The notes: generated from the sequence alone by a model not told the origin. A stretch of 64,000 bases of DNA from Thermodesulfobacteriota bacterium (GCA_963675595.2 CAXXLZ010000001.1:640001-704000), one strand, 5' to 3'; positions 36,312-46,141 are shown, counted from the stretch's first letter. Made by a program: numbers and translations.

Positions 36312-36878
36312 ATGCAGGATGTGAAGCCCATGGTACCCGACACAAGGTTCATGCGCGCGGTCGAGGAAGGCAGCGGGATCAAGATTTCCGCTTGCTTCCA
36401 ATGTAAGAAGTGCACCAACGGGTGTCCGACTTCCTTCGCCATGGACATCTACCCGGATCAGGTGATTCGCCTCGTTCAGATGGGGCAGCGTGAAAAGGTA
36501 TTGAATTCAAGTACCATCTGGGTCTGCTCGTCCTGCCAGACCTGCAGCACCCGATGCCCCAACGAAGTGGATATCGCGGGCACCATGGACTACCTTAAGG
36601 AAATGGCCGTACGTGAGGGCATATCCGTGCCCCAGTCGCGCACCAAAGCTTTCCACGAGGCTTTTCTCGAGGATATCCGAAGAAGGGGCCGCATTTCGGA
36701 AGGCGGCATGATGAGCATGTACATGCTCAAGAGCGGTGAAATTTGGGACAAGTTAAGGTCCGGAGACATCAAGGAAGACGTCGTTCTGGCCTTTGAAATG
36801 TTGAAAAGAGGCAGAATGCCGGTGTTGCCCAAAGGGATCAGGGCAAAGGACGAGGTCCGGAAGATCATCGACGGTTGA
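36312..36878 (+). CDS. hdrC: Heterodisulfide reductase subunit C-like
   Basis: CFQCKKCTNGCP and IWVCSSCQTCSTRCP. Confidence 0.9.
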   Translation: MQDVKPMVPDTRFMRAVEEGSGIKISACFQCKKCTNGCPTSFAMDIYPDQVIRLVQMGQREKVLNSSTIWVCSSCQTCSTRCPNEVDIAGTMDYLKEMAVREGISVPQSRTKAFHEAFLEDIRRRGRISEGGMMSMYMLKSGEIWDKLRSGDIKEDVVLAFEMLKRGRMPVLPKGIRAKDEVRKIIDG

Positions 36879-36915
36879 ATGGGGACCAACCCCGTCTTGA
36901 GGGGAAGGAAGGCAG

Positions 36916-37797
36916 ATGAAAGTCACGTATTATCCGGGATGCTCTTTGGAAGGGTCGGCCCGGGATTACGCGCTGTCCATTGAGGGCGTGTGCAGGGCTT
37001 TGGGACTGGAGTTGGAGGAACTGGAAGACTGGAGCTGCTGTGGCGCCACCGCGGCCCATTCCATCAACCACAGAGTGTCCGTGGAGCTACCCGCTAGAAA
37101 TCTCGCCATGGCTGAGGCCAAAGGGATGGATATGGTCGTTCCGTGTCCGCTTTGCTTCAACCGGCTGAAGGGCGCTGAAAAGGCCTTGCTGCAAGACGAA
37201 GCCGGGGAATATTCGGCTTCTTTTCAGGGCAGGATCGGGATTCACGACTTGGCGAATTTCATGGCGCAACCGGAGATTCTCAAAAGAATCACGGAATCGG
37301 CCAAGAGACGCCTGAAAGGGCTTAACGCGGTCTGCTACTATGGTTGCATGGCCAGTCGTCCACCGAGAGTCACGGATTCCAGGGAATACGAAAATCCCAC
37401 GAGTATGGATCGGATTCTCAAAGCCATCGGTGTCGAGGTCAAGCCATGGTCTTATAAGACGGAATGCTGCGGCGCCAGTCATGCGGTCGCCCGCAGAGAC
37501 ATGGTCTACAAGATGGTGGGAAGGCTTTACGACAAGGCCCTGGAAGCCGGCGCCAACTGCGTGGTGGTTTCCTGTCAGATGTGCCAGGCCAACCTGGACC
37601 TGTATCAGGACCAGATATCCGAGGAGATGGGCAAGAGCTATTATTTGCCGGTACTCTATTTCACCGAACTGATCGGCATGGCCCTGGGCATCAAGCAGGC
37701 CCGTGATTGGGTCGGCAAACATTTCGTACGCCCGTACCATCTTTTCGGCAGTGTGGGACTCGTGGACCGACGTCCGGGGTCACGCATAATGGAGTGA
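36916..37797 (+). CDS. hdrB: Heterodisulfide reductase subunit B-like
   Basis: Two CCG domains: YYPGC/WSCCG/CPLC and YYGC/ECCG/CQMC. Confidence 0.92.
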   Translation: MKVTYYPGCSLEGSARDYALSIEGVCRALGLELEELEDWSCCGATAAHSINHRVSVELPARNLAMAEAKGMDMVVPCPLCFNRLKGAEKALLQDEAGEYSASFQGRIGIHDLANFMAQPEILKRITESAKRRLKGLNAVCYYGCMASRPPRVTDSREYENPTSMDRILKAIGVEVKPWSYKTECCGASHAVARRDMVYKMVGRLYDKALEAGANCVVVSCQMCQANLDLYQDQISEEMGKSYYLPVLYFTELIGMALGIKQARDWVGKHFVRPYHLFGSVGLVDRRPGSRIME

Positions 37798-37799
37798 AT

Positions 37800-38231
37800 A
37801 TGTCAGGGGAAGCAAAGGAAACGACAACCGGGTCTACAGGCAAGACGGGTTCCGTAGTGGTCGTGGGAGGAGGCATTGCCGGGATGCAGGCGGCACTGGA
37901 CCTCGCCAACCAGGGATTTCACGTTCATTTGGTGGAAAGAGACCTTTCCATCGGCGGCGTCATGGCTCAATTGGACAAGACATTTCCCACGAACGACTGT
38001 TCCACTTGTATGATTTCACCCCGCCTGATCGAAGTGGCCGCCAATCCCAACATCACGATTCATTCCATGAGCGATGTGATCGCCGTGGAGGGCGAGCCGG
38101 GTCGTTTCAAGGTCAGGTTGCGAAAACGGAACAGGGGCGTGGACATGAACCTTTGTACGGGTTGCGGCACTTGTATGTCGGTGTGCCCTGTGACTCATCA
38201 GCCCAAGAAACCCGGGTCGGACACCGACTAG
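37800..38231 (+). CDS. hdrA: HdrA N-terminal FAD-binding fragment (143 aa)
   Basis: VVGGGIAG, MAQLDKTFPTNDCSTC, CTGCGTCMSVCP then stop; RBS GGAG. Confidence 0.8.
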   Translation: MSGEAKETTTGSTGKTGSVVVVGGGIAGMQAALDLANQGFHVHLVERDLSIGGVMAQLDKTFPTNDCSTCMISPRLIEVAANPNITIHSMSDVIAVEGEPGRFKVRLRKRNRGVDMNLCTGCGTCMSVCPVTHQPKKPGSDTD

Positions 38232-38405
38232 CCGGGTCGGAAATAACGGTGTGGGGAAAGCCGATTCGGAGCGAAAAGCCGGGAGGCGTAAACTCGCCCG
38301 GATAATCGGCCCCGAAAAGAAATTCCATGAATGAGGTACCCTCCCGGTGCGCAAGGCACGCGTGCAAGATCGGGAAGGGACCTTTCGGCAGGGAAGTTGG
38401 AGCCT

Positions 38406-41354
38406 ATGGCAAAGGAAAAGGCGAAGGGTAAAAAAACCCACGGAAAATGTGTTTACTGCGGCCGCTGTGCCAAGATGTGCGAACGCATCGGAGCTTCTGC
38501 GATCACTCAGGCGGCCCGGGGCGAGCACCCCCAAGGAACCTCTCCCATCACCATCGATCCGAACGCATGTGTGGGCTGTGGAGCGTGCATTTCGGTCTGC
38601 CCCACGGAGCACATGACGGTTGAGCGCGTCAGGAGCTTCAACAAGAATATGGGGCCGATCATTCCCTCGGAGTTTAATGAGGGATTGGCGGGACGCAAAC
38701 CGGTTCATGTCCCCTATGCTCAGGCTGTTCCCAACAAACCGGGGATTGATCCCAGGTACTGCGTTCACTTCGTGACCGGCGGGTGCAAAATCTGCGCTGA
38801 AAATTGTCCCACGTGCGCCATCACTCACGACATGGCCGAAGAGGAGATCGAGATCGAGGCCGGAGCCGTGATTATGGCAACGGGCTACAGACCGTTTGAT
38901 GCCGCGGGCAAGCCCGAATACGGGTATGAGCTCTATCCCAACGTGATCACCAGCCTGGAATTCGAGCGTCTCTTGTCGGCGGCCGGTCCCTGCGCCGGTC
39001 ACGTGGTTCGCGTTTCCGACGGTCGCGATCCCAAAAAAGTCGCCTGGATTCAATGCGTGGGTTCCCGAGACGCCTCAATCGGCAAAGATTACTGCTCCTC
39101 CGTGTGCTGCATGTACGCCACCAAGCAGGCGATCATTGCAAAGGAGCATGACGCCGAGTTGGAGCCGACGATTTTCTTTATCGACATCAGAGCCCACGGC
39201 AAGGGCTTCGACCGATACTACGAACGGGCCAAAGGCGAACACGGCGTTCGCTACGTGCGCAGCATGGTTTCCAAAATCCTGGAGAATCCCATCACCCATG
39301 ACGTTGAGGTGAGATACCTGGACGAAGCGGGCGAGTTTCGGGAGGAAAAGTTCGACATGGTCGTGCTTTCCGTGGGTCTTTCTCCACATCCGTCCACGGA
39401 AGAGGCCGCGGCGGCGCTGGGCATCGAATTGGATCGTTTCGGTTTTGCAGAACGAAGGCCTTTCGACCTCATCGCCACGTCCCGTCCGGGAGTCTTTTCC
39501 TGTGGGACCTTCCAGGCGCCGAAAGACATCCCCGAAACGGTGGCTCAGGCATCGAGTGCGGCGGGGGAGGCTCATCGGCTTCTATCGGAAGCCCGGGGCA
39601 CTCAGGTGAAGGAGATTGAGTACCCGGAAGAGCGAGATACGTCCGGGGAGGAACCACGCATCGGGGTCTTCGTTTGTCACTGCGGCATCAATATCGCCGG
39701 GGTGGTGGACGTGAAAGAAGTGGCCGCATACGCGGAGAAACTTCCTCACGTAGTGTTCGCCACGGACTTGATGTTTTCCTGTTCTACGGACTCCCAAGAG
39801 AAGATGCGGGAGGTCATCAAGGATCAACAACTCAACCGCGTGGTGGTGGCCTCCTGTTCACCTCGAACCCACGAACCGCTTTTCCAGGATACCATCCGTA
39901 AAGAGGGATTGAACAAGTACCTCTTTGATATGGCCAACATCCGGGACCAATGCTCCTGGGTGCACCAGAAAGCGCCCAAGGACGCCACGGAAAAGGCCAA
40001 AGACCTGGTCAGGATGTCCGTTTCCAGGGCCGCGTTGCTCGAACCCCTCAGGGAAGTGCCTTTTGACGTCACCCAAAAAGGACTGGTCATCGGGGGAGGG
40101 GTCGCCGGTATGACGGCCGCTCTGACTCTGGCGGACCAGGGTTTTGAGACCACTCTGGTCGAGAAGACCGACACCCTGGGCGGTGAAGCCGGCAAACTCC
40201 ATTTCAATGCTGCGGGCGACGACATCCGGAAATACCTGGAAGACCTGATCGGACGTGCGACGAGTCACGAAAAGGTACGGGTCATCACTTTGGGTCAAGT
40301 AGTGGAGACTCAAGGGCATGTTGGAGAGTTCAAGAGCCGCGTCAAGACTCCCGACGGATTCGTAGAAGTGGAGCACGGCGCCACCATCGTGACCACGGGC
40401 GGGCAGGAATACAAACCCTCGGAATACCTCTACGGCGATCATCCCGGAGTATTGACTCAGCGGGAATTTCACGGCCTCTTGGGGGCTCGGGATCCCCGAA
40501 TTCGGGAAGCCAAGAATGTGGTCATGATCCAATGTGTGGGTTCGCGAGAACCCGAACATCCCTATTGCAGCCGAATCTGCTGCACCCAGGCGGTGACCAA
40601 CGCCCTCGAACTTAAAAGGCAGAATCCCGAAGCCCAGGTTTATGTTCTTTTCCGGGACATCCGGACCTTCGGCATGAATGAGCTCCACTATCAGAAGGCA
40701 CGGCAGGCCGGGGTTCGATTCATACGATTCGACACGGACCAAAAGCCCGAGGTGCTTTCCGATTCTCGCGGACTTACGGTGAAGGTGTTCGACAGGAACA
40801 TGCGCACGGACCTCGAAATCCCCGTGAGTCACGTGGTGTTGAGCGTTGCCGTCAGGCCCAATGAAGGCAGCAAGGCGTTGGCTTCGGCCCTGAAATTGCC
40901 CTTCGACGCGGATGGCTTTTTCCTTGAAGCCCACGTCAAACTTCGGCCCTTGGATTTCGCCAATCAAGGCTATTTCCTTGCCGGGTTGGGGCACAGCCCC
41001 AAGTTTCTCGAGGAGTCCATCGCCCAAGCCAAGGGTGCGGCCAGCCGGGCCGCCACGATCCTGGCCAAGGAAAAGATGTTCGTTGGGGGCGCCGTCGCCG
41101 TGGTGGATCGAGAGGAGTGCGTCGTGTGCCTGACCTGCGTCCGGGTTTGTCCTTTCGGGGTGCCCAAGGTGGCCGAAGACGGGGTCATCAAGATCGATCC
41201 GGCGGAGTGCCAGGGATGCGGGGTTTGCGCCGCGGCCTGTCCGCGCAAGTTGATCCAGGTTCAGCATATGAAGGACAACCAGGTCATTGCATTGGAAACC
41301 TCGATTTTTCCAATGGACGAAATCATCGACGAACTCGGCCGGGAAACCGCCTGA
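38406..41354 (+). CDS. hdrA: HdrA-like large subunit (ferredoxin + remainder of FAD module 1 + full module 2 + ferredoxin)
   Basis: N-terminal CxxCxxC motifs, SEFNEGL, WIQCVGSRD..YCSSVCC, VFVCHCG, IGGGVAG, MIQCVGSRE..YCSRICC, C-terminal 2x[4Fe-4S]; RBS GGAG. Confidence 0.9.
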   Translation: MAKEKAKGKKTHGKCVYCGRCAKMCERIGASAITQAARGEHPQGTSPITIDPNACVGCGACISVCPTEHMTVERVRSFNKNMGPIIPSEFNEGLAGRKPVHVPYAQAVPNKPGIDPRYCVHFVTGGCKICAENCPTCAITHDMAEEEIEIEAGAVIMATGYRPFDAAGKPEYGYELYPNVITSLEFERLLSAAGPCAGHVVRVSDGRDPKKVAWIQCVGSRDASIGKDYCSSVCCMYATKQAIIAKEHDAELEPTIFFIDIRAHGKGFDRYYERAKGEHGVRYVRSMVSKILENPITHDVEVRYLDEAGEFREEKFDMVVLSVGLSPHPSTEEAAAALGIELDRFGFAERRPFDLIATSRPGVFSCGTFQAPKDIPETVAQASSAAGEAHRLLSEARGTQVKEIEYPEERDTSGEEPRIGVFVCHCGINIAGVVDVKEVAAYAEKLPHVVFATDLMFSCSTDSQEKMREVIKDQQLNRVVVASCSPRTHEPLFQDTIRKEGLNKYLFDMANIRDQCSWVHQKAPKDATEKAKDLVRMSVSRAALLEPLREVPFDVTQKGLVIGGGVAGMTAALTLADQGFETTLVEKTDTLGGEAGKLHFNAAGDDIRKYLEDLIGRATSHEKVRVITLGQVVETQGHVGEFKSRVKTPDGFVEVEHGATIVTTGGQEYKPSEYLYGDHPGVLTQREFHGLLGARDPRIREAKNVVMIQCVGSREPEHPYCSRICCTQAVTNALELKRQNPEAQVYVLFRDIRTFGMNELHYQKARQAGVRFIRFDTDQKPEVLSDSRGLTVKVFDRNMRTDLEIPVSHVVLSVAVRPNEGSKALASALKLPFDADGFFLEAHVKLRPLDFANQGYFLAGLGHSPKFLEESIAQAKGAASRAATILAKEKMFVGGAVAVVDREECVVCLTCVRVCPFGVPKVAEDGVIKIDPAECQGCGVCAAACPRKLIQVQHMKDNQVIALETSIFPMDEIIDELGRETA

Positions 41355-41449
41355 GACGTTGGTGAAACGGCGGGTATCCAGCGTGGTTGGAGTTACCTGT
41401 TAACCATGTGGGAGGGATTCTTGAATCGCCTTCCCACGAGGGACAAAAT

Positions 41450-41938
41450 ATGAGTTCGGGAAATATGGAATTAGAGCCCAAGATTGTGGCCATGGTGTGC
41501 ACCTACTGCACCTATACCGCCGCCGACATGGCCGGCTCCATGAGGCTGCAATATCCCTCAGGGGTAAGGGTCGTTAAGCTTCCCTGTACGGGGAAGGTTG
41601 ATACGATTCATATCCTGAAGGCTTTCCAGGCGGGGGCGGATGCCATCCTGGTCGGTGGTTGAGAACTCGGCGACTGCCATTTCCTGGAAGGAAATATGAG
41701 AGCGAAAGAGCGGGTCGAGCACGCCAAAGAGCTGCTTGACGAGGTGGGGATCGGTGGTGAACGGCTTGAGATGTATCACATCGGAGCCTCGGATGCACCG
41801 CTGTGGGCCGAGCGTGTGGAAGAAATGACGGAACGGGTCCGGCGATTGGGCCCCAACCCGTTGCGAGTCATTCGGGCCCAACGTGCGCGGAAGATAGAGG
41901 AAGACGTATCCCGGAGCGGAAACTCCCAGGAGAGCTGA
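41450..41938 (+). CDS. mvhD: MvhD/FlpD [2Fe-2S] protein containing selenocysteine (UGA at 41660-41662)
   Basis: ORFs 41387..41662 and 41696..41938 join in frame: CTYCTY..AD, LPCTGKVD, GADAILVGG-TGA-ELGDCHF; the TGA sits at a conserved Cys. Confidence 0.9.
41679..41695 (+). promoter_or_regulatory. Candidate bacterial SECIS hairpin
   Basis: ATTTCCT-GGA-AGGAAAT stem-loop; its G-containing loop starts about 23 nt after the UGA. Confidence 0.65.
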
Positions 41939-41939
41939 A

Positions 41940-42626
41940 ATGATTGTAGCGAAGCGGAAACCGCTGGAAGAGATCAAGGAAGACTTGAAGGCCTGTGGGG
42001 CCAAGAATCCTCTTATCGTGGGCTGCGGTACCTGTGTTGCCGTGTGTCTCACCGGCGGTGAAAAAGAGGTGGGGTTGCTGGCTTCCGAACTGGCCATCGC
42101 CTCCGAGTTGGAAGGTCAACTCATGAACATCGGAGAGATTACGGTCGAACGTCAGTGTGACCGGGAGTTTCTGGAAACGCTTCGGGACCGTGTGGAAGAA
42201 CACGATGTCGTGTTATCCCTGGCTTGCGGCGTGGGCATCCAATTCCTCTCCGACCAGTATCCCAACAAAGTGGTTCTTCCCGGAGTGGATACGATTTTCA
42301 TCGGGGCCAATGAAGAGGCCGGCATGTGGACCGAGCGATGCCGCATGTGCGGACAGTGTTATCTGGCTCTTACGGGGGGCATCTGTCCGATCACCATGTG
42401 CGCCAAAAGTCTGCTCAACGGACCTTGCGGAGGACCCGTAGGCGGCAAGTGCGAAGTGGACATGGAAAGACCTTGTGCCTGGGTTAGAATCTATGAACGA
42501 CTGAGGGACACCGGACGTCTTCACCTGCTGGAGGAAGTGGTCCCGCCCCGTGACTTCAGTGTTACGCGATATCCCCAGACCCTGATTCACAAAGCCTATA
42601 AGAAGAGGTATCAGGCCGAGAAATAG
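41940..42626 (+). CDS. metV: MetV (methylene-THF reductase small subunit / MTHFR C-terminal domain protein)
   Basis: MIVAKRKPLEEI, GCGTCVAVCLTGG, RQCDREF, LACGVG, CRMCGQC.L..TGGICP...CAKSLLNGPCGG...CEV...CAW. Confidence 0.85.
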   Translation: MIVAKRKPLEEIKEDLKACGAKNPLIVGCGTCVAVCLTGGEKEVGLLASELAIASELEGQLMNIGEITVERQCDREFLETLRDRVEEHDVVLSLACGVGIQFLSDQYPNKVVLPGVDTIFIGANEEAGMWTERCRMCGQCYLALTGGICPITMCAKSLLNGPCGGPVGGKCEVDMERPCAWVRIYERLRDTGRLHLLEEVVPPRDFSVTRYPQTLIHKAYKKRYQAEK

Positions 42627-42785
42627 GCCCTACCGGCCATGGAAGTCCCATCTCATTCCAGAGGCCGGACTTGTCCGGCCCGGGCGTTTTTCTCCATTGC
42701 CCATCCGTCGGGACTTCCGAGGGGAATAGTCTCGAAACGCCCATGGCGGTTTCTCCCATCCCGGTAAGATACCCAGGAGTGATAA

Positions 42786-44360
42786 ATGACTGTGGAATCG
42801 AAAACAGGACTTCTCCTGTGCAATTTCGGATCGGTTTCCTCCGTGCTCGATGTGGATCGGATCAGAAAGACGGCCGAGTCCGCCGGTCGATGGGCCGAAG
42901 TATTGGAGGGCGACCTGCCCCGTGGTGGGGACGGCTCCCCGACGGTGGAGTCTTTTCTCGATGAGCACGGGCTGGACGACGCGGTTCTCGTGGCCGCCTC
43001 CTTGAGTCCTTCGGGGGATCCCGCCGAAGCACTCAAGATCAAAGAGGCCATAGACGAAGAACGAGTCGAGGTCGTGGACCTTGCCGCATTTCTTTCCTGG
43101 GAGGACGCAGAGTGGGCCCGATTGCGGGCGGACTTGGCGGTCCGGAGCGCGGTGGTGAGACGGCTCAAAAAGGACGATCTTGAATTCCAGGAGATCGAAG
43201 TTTCCAACAGCGTCGTGATTTTGGGGAACAATCCTTGTGCCTCGGCCGCAGCGGCTGAAATCTCCTCCTTGGGGGGAACGGCGGTGGTGGTTTGCGAGGA
43301 CGCCGCGTTCGGCAAAGCGGAAGGAGACGAAAACATTGAGTTCCTGACTTCCGCACGGGTCATGGCGGTGGACGGCACTCCCGGTGCATTTCAGGTACGG
43401 GTGGCGGATTCCGCCGGGGCGGTCCGGACGGTGCAGGCCGGCGGGGTGATTCTCGCCGAAGATCGGGATGTGGAGACAATCGCGGAGCGGCTCGGTATTG
43501 CCGTGACGGAAGCCGGTTTTTATCGGATCGATCTCGATGGCAGACCTCCCATGAGTACCACTCGTTCCTTTATTTTGGCCGTGGGACCGGCTCGGGGAAA
43601 CACCGATACGGAAGAGGGCATTGAGGAAGCAGTGAACGCTGTGCGCAGCCTGTGGGAATATTTTGGAACCGGCCGTATTTCCGTGGCTGTGGATCGGGTT
43701 AAGCTGGACAAACGGAAATGCACGGTATGCCTCACCTGTTATCGGCTTTGTCCGCATCATGCGGTCCTCTTGCCGAGGCGTAAGCCGGTTTATTCGGACC
43801 TCGCCTGCCATCGATGCGGGATCTGCGCTTCGGAATGTCCTCAAGAGGCGCTGCAGCTTCACAACAACAACGACGCCCAGATCAAGTCGGTGCTTCAGGT
43901 CGCGGCCGGCGGTGTCACGCCCCCTTCCGGGGATTTTGTGCCGTCCATTGTGGCCTTTTGTTGCCGGGAATCATCCGTTAAGGCATACGTCCATGCCGTA
44001 TACGGGAAATTGGAGCTTCCGAAAGGACTCTTCGTTGTGGAAATGCCTTGCGTAGGCAAGGTGGACGACAATTACGTGCTTACGGCTTTCCGAGAGGGCG
44101 CCGACGGCGTCATGGTGTTGGGAAGCACACACGAAGGCTGCAAGTCCGACCCGGGAAGCCGGCTGGCCGAATCACGGATGGAAGCCCTGGCGGAAATCGT
44201 GAAGGACTCCGGTCTCGATCCGGATCGTCTCTTTTTTGCGGGAATGGATGCCGACGATACGGAGGCGTTCTCGCAGCTCGCTCTGGAATTCGAGGCATTA
44301 CTGAAAAACCTCGGTGAGAGCGGAGTGCGGAAATTCGTCAGGGAGAAGCGGGCGGCGTGA
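42786..44360 (+). CDS. Degenerate HdrA-like/ferredoxin/MvhD fusion (QmoB-like architecture)
   Basis: Eroded Rossmann motif (VVILGNNP), CTVCLTCYRLCP, CHRCGICASECP, C-terminal MvhD domain (AFCC, PCVGKVD, GADGVMVLGS...C). Confidence 0.8.
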   Translation: MTVESKTGLLLCNFGSVSSVLDVDRIRKTAESAGRWAEVLEGDLPRGGDGSPTVESFLDEHGLDDAVLVAASLSPSGDPAEALKIKEAIDEERVEVVDLAAFLSWEDAEWARLRADLAVRSAVVRRLKKDDLEFQEIEVSNSVVILGNNPCASAAAAEISSLGGTAVVVCEDAAFGKAEGDENIEFLTSARVMAVDGTPGAFQVRVADSAGAVRTVQAGGVILAEDRDVETIAERLGIAVTEAGFYRIDLDGRPPMSTTRSFILAVGPARGNTDTEEGIEEAVNAVRSLWEYFGTGRISVAVDRVKLDKRKCTVCLTCYRLCPHHAVLLPRRKPVYSDLACHRCGICASECPQEALQLHNNNDAQIKSVLQVAAGGVTPPSGDFVPSIVAFCCRESSVKAYVHAVYGKLELPKGLFVVEMPCVGKVDDNYVLTAFREGADGVMVLGSTHEGCKSDPGSRLAESRMEALAEIVKDSGLDPDRLFFAGMDADDTEAFSQLALEFEALLKNLGESGVRKFVREKRAA

Positions 44361-44863
44361 ATACCGAGTCAAACTTCGTCCTGATTCAAGAGGGTAACTC
44401 ACTTTCCGGTTTGTTGGTCTTGTTTCCATATTTGCCATGGGTGAAAACCTGCAACAGTTTTCACCCCAATCATCTCCTCGGCTGGTTCCCCTCGGTTGAA
44501 CACTTCGCCTCGTAACGCCGACCATCAATCCGTGAGAGGTTTCAGGGCGATGGATTCGTTGATTCCTCATTGGACGGCGGGGGGCTGCCCGCAGAATGAA
44601 GTTGCGGCCTTCTCCCTATACCGTGCAATGTTCCGCATTCAGTGAATGGAATTTGTTTCCAAGAGCGGTTGTTTCAATAGTGCGTCCGTCGCGTTATTGA
44701 AGTCTCATGCTGAGGGGGCGGGAGGCCCGACTCGGCCGGTGGAATGCCGGTTGCACTCGTGAATTCCACGTCCTTGGCCGGTACTCCAATTCCAGAAGAT
44801 CCATTTGATCCGAGCGGCTGCGTCCAGGAGAATTCTTCCGCCGCCTGCGTCCTGTATGGTGCC

Positions 44864-46141
44864 ATGAACAGAATACTGATCGTCGAGGATAATAACTTCC
44901 TTAAATCATTGATCGCCAAGGCCATCGGAAACAGGCTTGGCTTCGGCGTGGTGTGCGTGGGGACGCTGGGCGCGACCAAAGAGCTCCTGGAAGACGGAAA
45001 GGAACGTTTCTTCCTTGCCGTGTTGGACTTGAATTTGCCCGACGCTCCCCATGGAGAGATCGTTGACTACGTGATTTCCAGAGGTGTCCCCTCCATCGTA
45101 TTAACCGGGAACTTCAGGGACGACATTCGTGAAGACATCATGAGTAAAGGAGTGATCGATTACCTGCTCAAAGACGACGAAGCCGTAATCGACTACCTCA
45201 TCTCCCTGATCGGGAGAATCGAGCGGAACGAAGAAACCAAAGTCCTCGTGGTGGACGACTCCAATGTCATGCGCACCTACGTATCCAAGCTGCTGACGAC
45301 GCACAAGTACCATGTCCTGACCGCTGAGGACGGTGAGGCCGCCCTGAGGCTCCTTGATCGAAACCCCGACATCGGGTTGATCATTACCGACTACCAGATG
45401 CCCAACCTGGATGGGGTGTCCTTTGTCAGAGCGGTAAGGAAGCGTTTTAAAAAGGAGCATTTGCCCATTATCGGTATGTCCACCTATGGGAGTGGACCCA
45501 TGTCCGCAAGATTCCTGAAGAGCGGCGCCAATGATTTCATGAAGAAGCCGTTCCTGGAGGAGGAGTTCTACTGCAGGGTAGGGCAGAACGTGGAAATGGT
45601 TCGCCGCATCAACGAGATCGAGGAGCTTTCCAAAAGGGACTACCTCACCGGTCTTTACAATCGGAGATACCTTTTTGAGGCTGGTAACGCGCTGTTCGAT
45701 TCGTTCAGGAGAGGAGAAAACCGATTGACGGTGGGCCTGATCGACATAGATCATTTCAAGTCCATCAACGACACCTACGGCCACGACGTGGGGGATGAAG
45801 TCCTTAAGAGTATTGCGGTGACCCTAACGTCCCGCTTCAAAGGTTCGGACATCGTGGCGAGATACGGCGGAGAGGAATTCTGCATTCTCACCGCGAGTCT
45901 GTCGAAAAATCACGCAAAGATCAAATTTGAAGCCCTGATAAGGACCATCGCCGACCAAACACTCCGGGTGGCCGGTCATGACCTGCGCTATACGGCGACG
46001 GTGGGTCTTTGCGGTGAACTTCAGGAGTCGTTATACGCCATGATTTCCAGGGCGGACGAGAGACTCTATTCGGGCAAGTGCTCCGGCAGAAATAGGGTAA
46101 TTGTGGAGAACGGGCGTGAACCCGCGTCGGATCCCGCATAG
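44864..46141 (+). CDS. Response-regulator diguanylate cyclase (REC-REC-GGEEF)
   Basis: ILIVEDN, VLVVDDS, DYLTGLYNRR, DIDHFKSINDTYGH, RYGGEEF. Confidence 0.92.
   Translation: MNRILIVEDNNFLKSLIAKAIGNRLGFGVVCVGTLGATKELLEDGKERFFLAVLDLNLPDAPHGEIVDYVISRGVPSIVLTGNFRDDIREDIMSKGVIDYLLKDDEAVIDYLISLIGRIERNEETKVLVVDDSNVMRTYVSKLLTTHKYHVLTAEDGEAALRLLDRNPDIGLIITDYQMPNLDGVSFVRAVRKRFKKEHLPIIGMSTYGSGPMSARFLKSGANDFMKKPFLEEEFYCRVGQNVEMVRRINEIEELSKRDYLTGLYNRRYLFEAGNALFDSFRRGENRLTVGLIDIDHFKSINDTYGHDVGDEVLKSIAVTLTSRFKGSDIVARYGGEEFCILTASLSKNHAKIKFEALIRTIADQTLRVAGHDLRYTATVGLCGELQESLYAMISRADERLYSGKCSGRNRVIVENGREPASDPA

Noticed and set aside
38229-38405. Pyrrolysine or stop readthrough joining the two hdrA ORFs, which share a frame
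   Set aside because: A second in-frame stop (TAA at 38244) follows the TAG, and the downstream ORF has its own RBS.
42627-42785. metF remnant after metV
   Set aside because: The translations I checked show no convincing MetF motif.
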